Positions 1 to 10,870 of a stretch of DNA of 64,000 nt are shown here, piece after piece. The DNA is taken from NCBI GenBank assembly GCA_035084275.1, contig CM068762.1, positions 4,960,001 through 5,024,000 on the forward strand, given 5' to 3'. The notes below the pieces were generated by a model. The model did no database searches, was not told the DNA's origin, and saw nothing but the letters and a program-made list of their open reading frames with translations. This stretch comes from Hydrolagus colliei. Taxonomy: Eukaryota. Position numbers and translations under genes: made by a program. Numbering within the stretch: position 1 is the first letter of the stretch; each line of letters starts with the position of its first letter.

Positions 1-95
1 GCTTAGCTCAAGGAGGTAGGATATCAAACACTTATGGAAACCCATCACCACGCTGAAGAGTACCCAAAGCCATCTGAGGATTCCACATACGTGTG

Positions 96-470
96 TCAGC
101 TAAACATGGAAAAATTCAGAGTTTTGAATGCAAGACAAACTCTCTTTCTGGAGGGACACATCTTGCTTACATAATTCCAGAGAGTATTAGGCGCAGGTTG
201 GCAAGAGCCAAGGCTTAGAAACCCCAGAGTGTGCGTTGGCGTACTGCTGGAGTTTAACCAATACACCCACATAGCTTGCCATTGATATCGCTCTCTGGAA
301 AGCTTTCCCACTGCTTGTCCAGCTGGGACCCCTCTCTGTTAGAGCTTTGGCTGGCAGGGTAGAGTCAGAAGAGTCCATCTCCCATTGACTGGTCTGCCTT
401 TCCAAAGTCCTGCCGATGAGCCAGGCTGACCGTGTTGTCCTCAGCAGCATTCCGAGTCTGATGGTGACAG
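96..470. repeat. Unclassified interspersed repeat copy (related copies at about 12770-12900 inverted and 35090-35430)
   Basis: agagtatta..gcaggttggcaagagccaaggct..cccagagtgtgcgttgg recurs as the reverse complement at 12790-12870 and in diverged form at 35100-35260. Confidence 0.6.
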
Positions 471-572
471 ACCATCACGCAAGTGAGGGAGGCAGGGAGA
501 TGTAAGGCAGACGGATTTGTGAGGGTTTGCAGTAGGCAGGGGGCAATGGCTGAAACTTCACACGACGTGGAG

Positions 573-707
573 NNNNNNNNNNNNNNNNNNNNNNNNNNNN
601 NNNNNNNNNNNNNNNNNNNNNNNNNNNNNNNNNNNNNNNNNNNNNNNNNNNNNNNNNNNNNNNNNNNNNNNNNNNNNNNNNNNNNNNNNNNNNNNNNNNN
701 NNNNNNN
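573..707. other. Assembly gap (N run)
   Basis: 135 N. Confidence 1.
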
Positions 708-729
708 GTTTCACATAATAATAACAATA

Positions 730-960
730 ATAGTAATAATCCTTGCATTTGATATAGCGGTTTTCACGCCTTCTGGACGTCTCAAAGCACTTCACAGATA
801 TACTGTAAAGTGAATTGACTATATTTGTGGGTGAACCGTGGCAGCCACACAGCAGGGTCCCACAAACAGTCGTGGATTGAAATGCCAAATGTTTTTTGGG
901 AGGGATCATTATCAGGCGTGTGGAGTAAGGAAACTTGCCGAATGTTTGGCCCTGACCTGA
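730..960 (-). mobile_element. tRNA-derived Deu-domain SINE, 5'-truncated
   Basis: Reverse complement of the window-wide SINE body (ctgtttgtgggac..ctgctgtg..) with stem-loop tail and (ATT)n end. Confidence 0.8.
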
Positions 961-1099
961 CCTAATAATAGTCCAATGGATCACATTCCGAATGACGTGG
1001 GGGGGAAAGCGGGGATTGGGATACAAGCGGGAAAGAAAGACTGAAGAACAAGGTCCCTGGCGTGGATGTGATAAGCCAGGGCTGAGCTGTTGTGATTGA

Positions 1100-1160
1100 C
1101 GGAGCTGGTGTAGGTTATTTCAGTCTCTCCTCCCTCACTCCCTTATTTAGGGTTTAGGAC
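1100..1160 (+). promoter_or_regulatory. Putative APOBEC2 proximal promoter (TATA/CArG-like CCTTATTTAGG at 1141-1151)
   Basis: AT-rich box about 100 bp upstream of the ATG; motif match only. Confidence 0.3.
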
Positions 1161-1244
1161 TGACCTCACTGCTGGCTGCTGCTGTTTCACTGCAGACCTT
1201 GCCCGGGGTCAGTCTGCTCCCAACTGCTCTCGTCTCTAATCACA

Positions 1245-1417
1245 ATGGCCGAGAAAGGAGAGAAAGCAAAAGCGAAGGGGAACGGCAAGCCCGGGGAGAA
1301 TGGCAAGCCCGGAGTGAACGGCAAGCCCGGGGTGAATGGCAAGCCTGGACAGGCTGGTGAGGATCCTGAGGAGAAAGTAGATCTGCCTGATCTGGGGCCG
1401 TTTGAAACAAACGCTGG
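1245..1417 (+). CDS. APOBEC2: APOBEC2 coding exon 1 (MAEKGEKAKAKGNGKPGENGKPGVNGKPGVNGKPGQAGEDPEEKVDLPDLGPFETNAG)
   Basis: ATG 1245; donor GG|GTGAGT at 1417/1418 (phase 2) joins in frame to the acceptor at 5812; DLGPFETNAG aligns with human ELPPFEIVTG. Missed by the ORF track because it is short and spliced. Confidence 0.88.
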
Positions 1418-1522
1418 GTGAGTGTCACAGATTTAATCGGTACATATTATCTGTGGAATACTGAGGGAAAGGCGGGCCAGATTGTGCTAACCACAGGGTC
1501 GAACAGTCAGTCAGACCTCCAG

Positions 1523-1532
1523 CTATAATTAG
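1523..1532. promoter_or_regulatory. MEF2 consensus site in APOBEC2 intron 1
   Basis: CTATAATTAG matches YTAWWWWTAR; APOBEC2 is muscle-expressed in other vertebrates. Confidence 0.4.
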
Positions 1533-1794
1533 AGCGAGGTCGCAAAAGATAGTTGCCAAGCCATGAGATCCTATGGAACAGGGATAATCTTCATTGCCCA
1601 GCAATAATGATTTGGTGGTGACAAGCGCAGTGCAAATCTCAGTGATCGGAATAATAAGATACGTGGTCTGTACATCAGTGCACATAAAACTATAGACATA
1701 TACAGTATGTCCTTGGCTGCACATGTTGTGTGTACATAGCGTGAACAAGTTATGGATATCTGATGTTGATGTATTGAGCGCGGGGAAGGGGAGA

Positions 1795-1990
1795 GCTGCA
1801 TTGACGGAGGCGCCATCGTTTAGTTGAACCCAAAGTCCTGTCTTTGCCTGTTCAGGTAGACGTCAAAGATCCTGTGGCACTACTGAAAAGGTCTCCCTGT
1901 CAACAATCCCCCAGATAAAATTAGTCACTCACTTCACTGCTGTTCCCTGGAATATTGCTGTGTATACACAATCGATAAAGGCCGAGTTTG
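1795..1990 (+). mobile_element. Long-form Deu-domain SINE fragment (AmnSINE/SacSINE-like)
   Basis: ggaggcgcc..ctgttcaggtagacgtcaaagatcctgtggcacta core, recurring at 4540, 10700, 30900, 45400, 47800 and 58700. Confidence 0.65.
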
Positions 1991-2057
1991 CCCACAAAAT
2001 ACAGTCACTACACTGTAGTGCTTTTAGATGTTTTGACGATGCGATATTGAGCTGTAT

Positions 2058-2364
2058 CAAATATAATAATCCTTGCATTTGATATTGCACTTTTCACATC
2101 TTCTAGACAGATCAAAGCGCTTCACAGAATATATTGTAAAGTGAATTGACTGCATATTTGTGGGCAAAACACAGCAGTCAATTGCACACAGCAGTGTCCC
2201 ACAAACAGTCGCGGATTGAAGTGACCAATTTTTTTTGTGTGCAGAATTATTATCAGGCTTGTGGAGCAAGGAAACTTGCCCAAGGTTTTGGCCTTCCGTG
2301 AATTGAATCCAGGTTTCTCGTGTGCGAGGTGAAAACTCTAACAACTATGCTACAGGAACTCCAC
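2058..2364 (-). mobile_element. Full-length tRNA-derived Deu SINE
   Basis: A/B-box tRNA-like head, Deu body, stem-loop tail, (ATT)n. Confidence 0.85.
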
Positions 2365-2389
2365 AGCAAACTGCAGTATTTTCCCAATA

Positions 2390-3370
2390 TATAACAAAAT
2401 TACATTTGGATAGCACCTTTCACATCAGGAGGATGTCCCAAGGAGCTGGACAGTCAGTGTTTTGGACCAGACCTGGGTCGGGATCGGGGAGGGTGGAGGG
2501 AAGGGTGGGAAAGGAAGGCGACTGATGGCATGGTCAAAGGAGAGGGTCTTGAGGCAGATCTGGAAGAAGGCAATGGAGGGGGCAAGGCGGAGGGGTTTCG
2601 GGATCGAATTCCAAAGGTTGGAGGCAGACTAGCTGAAGGTTCACTCGCCGATGGTGGAACTGGTGGGTCCGGGGACCTGGAGCCCGCCGGAGACCGCTGA
2701 GCAGAAAGAATGGACAAGTTGGTAGGGGGTTAGCTGGTCGCAGAGGTGGGTGGGGCAAGGCCATGGAGGGTTTTGAAGATGAGGACCTGGATTGTGAATT
2801 GAAACCTCTGTGTGATAGGACGCCAGTGGAGTTGGGCGAAGATGGGTGTGTTAGGTTTGCGAAACCTGGTGCGGGAGAGTACACAGGCTGCAGAGTTCTG
2901 GATGATCTGCAGCCTATGGAGGGAGGAATTGGAGAGGCATTGTCATAGTCGAGCTTGGATGTAATGAAGGCGTGAATTAAGTTTCATTGGCAAGAGGTAG
3001 TGGTAGTGTCTGGCAATGTTGCAGAGGTGAGGGAAGACAGAGTGGGTCATGGCATGAATGTGGGGGAGAAAAAACAGTTGAGGATTGAACAAGACACCTA
3101 GGCTGACTGGCTTGGTGAGGTGGAGTGTGCATCTGTGGAGGTTGATGCTGTCAGTGCCTGAGGTGCGGAAGCACTGGCACGAGCCAATCAGAAAGGCCTC
3201 GTCTTTGTTGAACTGTAGAAAGTTAGCTTTTATCCAGGACTTGATATCTGACATGCAGTCTGACAAGACGGTAGTGGTCCTGAAATCGAGGGTGGAGGCA
3301 ATAGGATAGAGTTGGGTGTCAACTGTACATAGTTTTGTGTGTCCCCATATAGATAGGGAGGGTATCACTG
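2390..3370 (-). mobile_element. L2 LINE 3' fragment (decayed ORF2 C-terminus plus 3' stem-loop)
   Basis: Translation CMSDIKSWIKANFLQFNKDEAFLIG..LGVLFNPQLFF..HLCNIAR is typical L2 ORF2; tail stem-loop near 2410-2440. Confidence 0.85.
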
Positions 3371-4439
3371 TGAGATCTTTAATGCCATTGCTGTCTTTTA
3401 TTAAAATGAATTTATTAATAATTGTGGTAGGCGCAGACCTGACTTCTTAATTCACAATCCAAAAAGAAATAGTATTTTCTACTCAATGGTTACTTTTTCT
3501 TCCATTGCTTTCTTGTCTGTCCCTACACCAGGACCAATCCCCTGCCAGGCCAGTAGCAGAGCTAGCGCTAGTGTCATTCTATTGCCAGCCTCACACACAT
3601 GTGAGATAGGCCCAGGGTGAATTATCCTCCCCACTGTCAGACCTCCTGGTGGGTGAGATACTGGACCTCCTGTCAGCATGGCTGAGGCTGGGCTGGAAAT
3701 TGAAATCCCACTGATTGTGGCTGAAGAGAGAGAGCAGGGCACTGCTCACAGCACAGAATGGAAAGGTCATTCCATTCACAGCAGCACATCAGGGAGACCC
3801 AATCTCCCCATCATCCCAGGAATCCAATTCCATCTATGCAGCGTATCTCATGTCATGGGGAAGCCTCAAAGGACTTTATAGAGCTGACTGAGAATCTAAG
3901 CTGGTGGTGGTGGTGCGGGGGTGGGGGGGGGCATTGGGGGGTGGGGAAGCTGAGGAAAGTGAATGGGGAGGAGCTGGGTGTCTGGCACTCGTGGAAAGCC
4001 ATCATCCGCTTCAGAAGGCTTGAGAATTGCAGAGTGTGGGTTGGGTGTGTGGAGAGAGGGGCAGAGGGTGGGGGTGAGGGGTGAATGCAGTCAAAAAAGA
4101 GGTCTTTAAAGTGAGCTTTAAAGATGGGTAAGGTCCATAGAGCGGGCGAGGACAGAATGGCTGAAAGCCCATTTATCGATGTGGGGAGTGAGGGTCAGGT
4201 CAGCCCAGTGTTGTTTGAGCGGAGGCTGTGTTATTTCTCACTTCGGTAAGTATTCAATGAATGCCCCCTCCCACTTCCTGAAGCAATTCGTGTGTTTGAC
4301 TCATGGCACTTTGTGCTGAACCAAGCCTGCCCTCGAGCTGGGTTTGGCCAGCCGTCGTCACAGACCATGATCTGTAAGTTCCTCACACCCAAGCCTCGCT
4401 GATACAGGGTGTTGGAACACTGATGGTAGGGGGGCTGAA

Positions 4440-4690
4440 CCCACAACCATCAGAAGTATGTGGGTTCAAGTCCTAGACTTGATATTCTAGATTGATACTC
4501 CAATGCAATGTTGGAGTGGGGGGGGGGGGGGGGGGGGGAGTGCTGCAATGTTGGAGGTGCCATCATTCAGGTATTAAAGTGAGGTCCCATCTGCCTGTTC
4601 AGGTGGGTGGTAAAGATTCCGAGGCACTAGTCAAAAAAGAGAACAAGAGTTTCAACTGGCCAAGAAAATATACTATCAATTCACTTTGGA
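4440..4690 (+). mobile_element. Long-form Deu SINE fragment
   Basis: gtgggttcaagtcc head remnant plus Deu core. Confidence 0.6.
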
Positions 4691-5024
4691 ATATACTGTA
4701 TATACTGTATTAACATCTCGAAACACTTCACAGTAATTACCGTGCGTTTTGTAAGCCAATGTAACAGCCAAGTTTCACATAGCAATGCCTCCCAAAAGTA
4801 GCCAGGGAAACTCCCTTCTTCTTCCAAACAGTGTTGTACAAACATAAGTTATTTAACGTCCACCTAAACAGGCAGACGAGATCTGGTTTAATATCTCATC
4901 AGAAGGCTGGGACCTGTGACAATGTAATGCTTTCCACCCCCCATCCCCTGGTACTTTTGAGCACAAAATCCTTGAGCCTACAATCTTCTGACCCAGAGGT
5001 GAGAGTGCTACTGAATTAGCTATA

Positions 5025-5190
5025 ATAATAATAATCCTTCCATTGGATACAGCGCGTTTTACATCTTCTAGACATCCCAAGGCGCTTCACACAATACACT
5101 GCAAAGTGAATTGATTTCATGTTTGTGGGCGACAAGCGGCAGACAATTGCGCACAGCAGTGTCCCACAAACAGTCCTGGATTAAAAATCT
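5025..5190 (-). mobile_element. Deu SINE 3' half
   Basis: Body and tail match the SINE consensus. Confidence 0.75.
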
Positions 5191-5811
5191 ATGCTGACTG
5201 GTGAAAGCTGTAGACAAATTGATGTGTTTAAGAGGGGAAAAGTTATTCTAGGAAAGATTAATGGAAATCAAGAAAGTACATGGTGTCCTGGCCAACAAAC
5301 CTTGGGAGGGGTGGAGGGGGAAGGTTGGGGTGAGGAGATAAGCGAGGTCTCCATGGAGACAATAACACTGCTGTGCGTGATTGGCTGCTGCGTTTTGCCC
5401 ACAATATATACAGTCAATTCACTTTACAACACATTCTGTGAATCGCTTTGAGCCATCTCGCCCACAAATATACAGCCAATTTTCCTACTTTTCTTCATCC
5501 TGCCCGACCCCTCCCCCCCTGCTCTTGTCCCTGCCTAAGTGTGCAGCGCCTTGGGATGTCCTCTCTACGTGAAAGGCGCTATATAAATGTAAGTTTTGAT
5601 TGATTGATTGATCTTAAAGGCATGATAAGACGCTATATCAAATACTGTACAAGGATTATTATTATGTAGGTGGGATGCACGGAATCTCAGTTTGGTTTGG
5701 ATTCTCTTCAGATTGAGATGGTTTTCTGCACGTGTCAGGGATATGGCTGAACCTCTTAACAAAAAAAGGCCTTTGCCACACGGAATAACAATTGCCTATT
5801 TTCATTTGTAG

Positions 5812-6352
5812 GAGCCGATTTATGATCCATTATTTTAAATTCCAATTCAAAAACGTGGAGTATTCCTCTGGGAGGAACAAGACCTTCCTGTGCTACGCGG
5901 TGGAGAAATTGGGCGAGGACACTGTCAAGACCGAGGGCTACGTGGAAGACGAGCACACGACCACGCACGCAGAGGTCGCCTTCTTCCAGCAGATCTTCGG
6001 CCCCGAGCAGTGCAGCGCTGACCTGAAGTACCAACTCACATGGTTCGTGTCCTCCAGCCCGTGTGCGGCTTGTGCCACCCGGATAGTGGAGTTCCTGCGG
6101 GGCCACACAAATGTCTCCCTCACCATCTTCGTTGCTCGCTTGTTCATGTGGGAGGAGCCCGAGGTGCAGGACGGGCTGCGGAGTCTCAAAGCCGCCGGCT
6201 GCCGCTTGAGGATCATGAAGCCCATGGACTTTACCCATTGCTGGGACACCTACGTGGAGAACGAGGGCGAGGCTTTCCAGCCCTGGGAGGACATTCAGGA
6301 GAACAGCTCGTATCATGAAGAGAAGCTGCACGAAATTTTAGAGAAAGCCTAG
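5812..6352 (+). CDS. APOBEC2: APOBEC2 coding exon 2 (zinc-dependent deaminase-fold domain)
   Basis: Acceptor tttgtag|G at 5811/5812; FKFQFKNVEYSSGRNKTFLCY, HAE and SSSPCAAC zinc motifs, RLFMWEEPE and FQPWEDIQEN are APOBEC2 hallmarks; TAG at 6350-6352; total CDS 714 nt. Confidence 0.95.
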
Positions 6353-6726
6353 AAAGGTGAGCATCTCAGCAACCTCAGCGCTCGTCAATTGCTTCTCCAG
6401 GTTGGAAGTGATACATAACCACAGGCCCTCCAGCCGTTGAAACATCTCAGAGATCTCTGGACGTGAATAGGATTCTAATTAGATTGAGAAAGCAAACCCA
6501 GAACAATGCTCTTAGATGCGCCATCCCAATAGAACGGGAAAGCACAGGGTCGGGCCCTGGAGGTGAATCTTAGGGTAGACATACTAGACATCAGGAATTA
6601 TTTTGTTACCCCGAGGGGGAAAGTGACAGCTGGGCATCAGACAGGCTGGTAGAGCTCAGGACATTGGCACTCTATCAAGAAATCATTTTTATTCAGTGAT
6701 GGGAAGGTGATGGGTGGTTGGGATTA

Positions 6727-6732
6727 AATAAA
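6727..6732 (+). terminator. Candidate proximal polyadenylation signal for APOBEC2
   Basis: AATAAA 375 nt after the stop codon, with a GT-rich stretch downstream. Confidence 0.35.
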
Positions 6733-6894
6733 ACCAAGGAATTGGACACCAGAGCCTCTCTTATGGAGAGTGTGTAGAACTCTCCATAAGAGACCATGTT
6801 TTTGATTCAGGGAGTGAGTGTTGAACAGTTGGCTGAGAGCTGGTAGTTTATTAGAATTTTATACCTGGTTCAAGTGAACTGTTAATCACAGAAA

Positions 6895-7210
6895 CAACAA
6901 GAAATTATATTTAAACAGCACCTTTCACATCAGGAGGACGTCCCAAGGCCCTGGACAGTCAGGACCCAAGCAGTGGGTTGGGATCAGGTGGAGACGTGGG
7001 AGGGTAGATGTAAGACAGTGGTCAAATGCGTGGTTGCAAAAGAGAGTCCTGAGATGTGTTTTGAAGGAGGCAATGGAGGGAGCAACGCTAAGAGACTGGG
7101 GGATGGAGTTCCAATGGGTGGGGGTAGAAAGGCTGAAGGCCTTAACTGACAATGGTGGGATGGGATGTGGCGCAGGTCTGTTGAGCGGAGGGAGCGGCCT
7201 GGTTGATATG
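6895..7210 (-). mobile_element. L2 3' end
   Basis: Translation FSLSTPTHWNSIPQSLSVAPSIASFKTHLRTLF plus tail stem-loop. Confidence 0.8.
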
Positions 7211-7959
7211 GGGTTAGCAGGTCACGGAGGATCTATTCAACTGATCACGTCATGCTGGCTCTCTGACAAACCTCTCCTTTTAGTCCCATTCTCCAACCTT
7301 TGCAGATATTTATTTAATTGCCTCCCAAAAGCTAATAAGGATTTGACCTCAACCATGGTTTCCAGGTCTGGCTTCCCATGTCCCCTCACAGCCCCCATGT
7401 AGTGATGTCCTGGGGAAGATAATAAAATGGATACAACAACAACTTAGATTTATACAGCGCTGTCCATGCCAGACGGCATCTCAGAGTGCTTCACAAAACG
7501 GATCCCAGGGTCGAGCCAGGGGGAAAAAGGTGACCAAAAGCGTGGTCGAAAAGAAAAGTCGTTAGCCACCAATGTCCTGCCAACATGAAAAACACCACTG
7601 TACACTTGTCCATTGTCCTGTGGAGATCAGGAAGCATTTTATTGGATTGGAGAGAGAGTGAGAGAGAGAGGACAGTGTAGATTGGCAGGGCTGGTCATCA
7701 GTTTTAGTGGGTAGATTGCAATACAAAATTACATTTGTGTAGCATCTTTCATGTCTGGAGGACCTCCCAAGGCACTGAGGTTCCAGCTGTCACACAGACT
7801 GCACAGGACAGAGCGTTTGTCTCCAGAGTTGAGAGTGGATCTGATCGAGGAGGTTAAGGTTATGAATGAGTAGAATACGATGGATGTTGATAGGCTGTTG
7901 ATGCTGAGTGCTTGATGCTGAGTGCAAAACAAGGACATATACATAAGCCAGATGGTGGG

Positions 7960-8200
7960 AGATCTAGAGGGAGCAATTTAGATGTAATTTCTTCACACCA
8001 GAGACTGGTGAGAAAGTTAAACTCAGTGACGGAAGCTGTGGTTGAAGTAAATAGTTTATTGACGAGGAAAGGGGAGGCATACATGAAGGACAAGGGCATG
8101 TAATAGGAGGGTGGGGGAGTGGACTATAACTCTGTCATGGACTAGTTGGGCTGAATGGCCTGTTCTGTGGCCTAGGGTCCTGTGTAATTCTATGTAACAA
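7960..8200 (+). mobile_element. CR1 LINE 3' end
   Basis: ttcttcacaccagaga.. and the terminal gggctgaatggcctgttctgtg..tgtaattctatg motif. Confidence 0.7.
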
Positions 8201-8532
8201 TAGCTGTCTCCAGTGGAGGAATACAGACATCTATACGTCGGGAAGGCGTCTCAAAGTGCTTAATACTGGGGGCCGCTGAATGGAGGAGGGGTGTGGGATG
8301 GGGGTGACGGAGGGGAGATTGACCCTATCATTTCTCAGATTGAATTGCAGATTGTGGTTTATATAGCAGGAGGTTCAGGAGCAGGACAGTCTATGACTGA
8401 CGAAAGGGGTTCAGGGTGGAGATGGGGGCTGTTTAATATCTCAGTTTAATCTCAGTTGGGGCTGTTTAATATACCGTAACAATGGTTGATCACAATCGGA
8501 GCATTGTGTGCCTTCCAGCCATCGCTCTGCAT

Positions 8533-8651
8533 CAGCTGTTCTTTTCCAGTTATTAGTTTCCATTACAGCTGGTGTATGTGCATTTGTGTGTGTGCAGGGG
8601 TCGGGGGGGACGACGGACCAACAGCTGTTTTCAGATCAATTTTAAATATAG
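8533..8651. promoter_or_regulatory. Candidate myogenic enhancer: three CAGCTG E-boxes plus MEF2 site
   Basis: CAGCTG at 8533, 8566 and 8622 (AACAGCTGTT); TTAAATATAG (reverse complement CTATATTTAA, MEF2) at 8642-8651. Confidence 0.5.
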
Positions 8652-9159
8652 ATCTTTTGTATCTAATTCTGTCCTGTCTCTGGCTCGCCCCAAACAGCCT
8701 GACTGGTTTGCAGTGGGTGTCACTTTATCACAGCAGTTCCCAGGTTTGTTTCAATGAGCTGGCGTTACTGGTCAATGATTTGCTCTTACTCTACTGAGCA
8801 GCGTTGGTTAGTTGGTTGGTTAATTAGTTAGTGAGTGAGGACCATCAGTGAGGGCCCCCGAAAGAGGACTGGAGCAAGCAGATGCTCCCTTGTTATGGCA
8901 GGAAAAAGGACAACTCAAATAGCCTCGATCAAAGGTCTCCCGCGTGGAGAGACAATGAGGAATGTGGATTTGCTCCTCGCGGTGTCAGTTTGTGTCTCTC
9001 TGAGGAGCGGCCACAATCCCTCAGCGTTGTCAGTTTTCACTCTGAACAGCTCGGAAGGAATCAGTCGCTCATAGACTGTGCAGCGCCATTGAAGGTATGC
9101 ATAGCACCTGGAGATGATACTCTGTGATAAATCACACCATCTCTGTCCAACAGTACCAA

Positions 9160-9525
9160 CAAATTATATCTGTACAGCGCCTTTCACATCAGGAGGTCGT
9201 CCCAAGGAGTTGGACAGTCAGGGCTTGATCCGCACCCGAGTTGGTGGTTGGGATCAGTGGAGGGTAGGGGTTGGAGAGTGGCCGAAGGCACAGTCGAAGA
9301 GAAGGGCCTTGAGATGGGTCTTGAAGGAGGCAAAGGAGGGGGCATGGCAAGGGGGCTCTGGGATGACGTTTAAGAGGTTTGGGGGCCGAGTGGCCGAAAG
9401 CCCGTTCCTGCAAATGGTGGAGCGGGACAGGTGGGGGACACTGAGCAGAGGGAGCGGACATGTTCGAGGTCACAGGGGTAGGAAAGAAGCAAGGTTGTGG
9501 AGGGCTTTACAGATGGTAAAATGAG
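9160..9525 (-). mobile_element. L2 3' end
   Basis: L2 C-terminal remnant plus tail ccttgggacgacctcctgatgtgaaaggcgctgtac on the - strand. Confidence 0.75.
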
Positions 9526-10300
9526 CAGTGGGTGACACGGAAGTGAAAATGCAGTGTGTGTGATGTGATAACTGTCTTACGGTGTTAGTTAACACATCAC
9601 ATGCCGCATATTTCACCCTCACAATCACACAACCTTAAAAGCTTAACATTGATGGAACAAATAGATTACCAAGTCAGACTTTTTTTTTAAACAAATGGGG
9701 ATAAGAGGAGATCTGGGTGAGGTTTAATCCTCGGCAATATGTAAAGCTGTGAGATTCCCACAGATTTAGCAGCATCTCATTATAACTCACGGAAGTGATA
9801 CTTGGGTTACAATAGATCATCGTTGGAATGAACATGCTGGGCTGTGCTGAGGGGGGGAAGCAGTTAGTAACAAAGCAACCACGTTGTTGCCCAATAAGAG
9901 TAGTTATTGGCTTTGCCTTGCCGCTATATGAATGCAAATTGTTGTCGTTATTGTTGTTCCAATTATCTAGGGGAAAATTATATTATGGGAGAACGATAAT
10001 TCCCCCCTCCCACCCTCACCGCTTTAAAGTTATACTTCAAATCCATTCATTCCCTGGCACCTCCCAACCTCCTCACTCTCCAATCCACCACCCTGCATGG
10101 AAGGCGCTATAAAAGTGCAAGCTGTTGTTGCTCTACACGTGGAAATTCAACATGAATATCCATCAGAACACTCGAGTGCTGTATGTTATTCCCTTAGGCC
10201 CCGTGATGGGATTTGGCAATATTTATTTCTTATGAAAACTACTGCAGCAAAATTGTCCCCAGTAATTGAGGAAAGGCTTTACCAAGTTCTCTCTACGTCT

Positions 10301-10490
10301 AAAAAAAACAGAAGTCGCTGGGATCACTCAGGTCAGGCAGCATCTATGCAGAGAGGAAAGTGGGTTAACGAAAAAAGGTCAGTGACCTGAAACGTCAAGC
10401 CACTCCCCTCTCTCCATGGATGCTGCCTGACCCACTGAGTGTTCCCAGCCACTTCTGTTTTTATTTCAGATTCCCAGCATCTGCAGTGTT
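10301..10490. mobile_element. Palindromic Penelope-like non-autonomous element
   Basis: About 55-bp inverted arms (cagaagtcgctggg..ctcaggtcaggcagcatctatg / catggatgctgcctgacccactgag..cccagccacttctg); same family as 62568-62697. Confidence 0.6.
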
Positions 10491-10599
10491 TTTCTCTTTT
10501 TTTCATTCTATATCTGTACAGTCCAGACTGACGTTCCCTCACGCTGGTGGGGAGGGCACTCTCACTCACAGCAAGGAAGTGGTGAAATTTCACGCCTTA

Positions 10600-10870
10600 C
10601 CTTGAGGCTGTGAACTCACAGCTCAGGCTGACACCGCCCGGTGCTGAGGGAGGGGTGAATTGTTGGAAGTATCGTCCTTCTGACAGCATGTTAAACAAGT
10701 CCTGTCTGTGCCAGTTCAGGTGGATGTTAAAAGATCCCATGACGCGATTGGAAGAGAGGAGGGAGCTTCTGCTGGAGTCCCGGCCAACAATTCCCCTGAT
10801 AAAAATTGTTCATTCACTTCACAGCTGTTTGTGGGACGTTGCTGTGCCAAACTTAGTTGCCACATCTCTT
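10600..10870 (+). mobile_element. Long-form Deu SINE
   Basis: Deu core gttcaggtggatgttaaaagatcccatg..ctgtttgtgggacgttgctgtg. Confidence 0.7.

Noticed and set aside
5792-6352. Calling the deaminase AID/APOBEC1/APOBEC3, or starting it at Met 5792
   Set aside because: The two-exon structure, NVEYSSGRNKT/LFMWEE/FQPWEDIQEN motifs and OARD1 synteny indicate APOBEC2; 5792-5811 is intron.
8397-8420. CTGACGA as a second hammerhead
   Set aside because: No stem II/GAAA/stem III follows.
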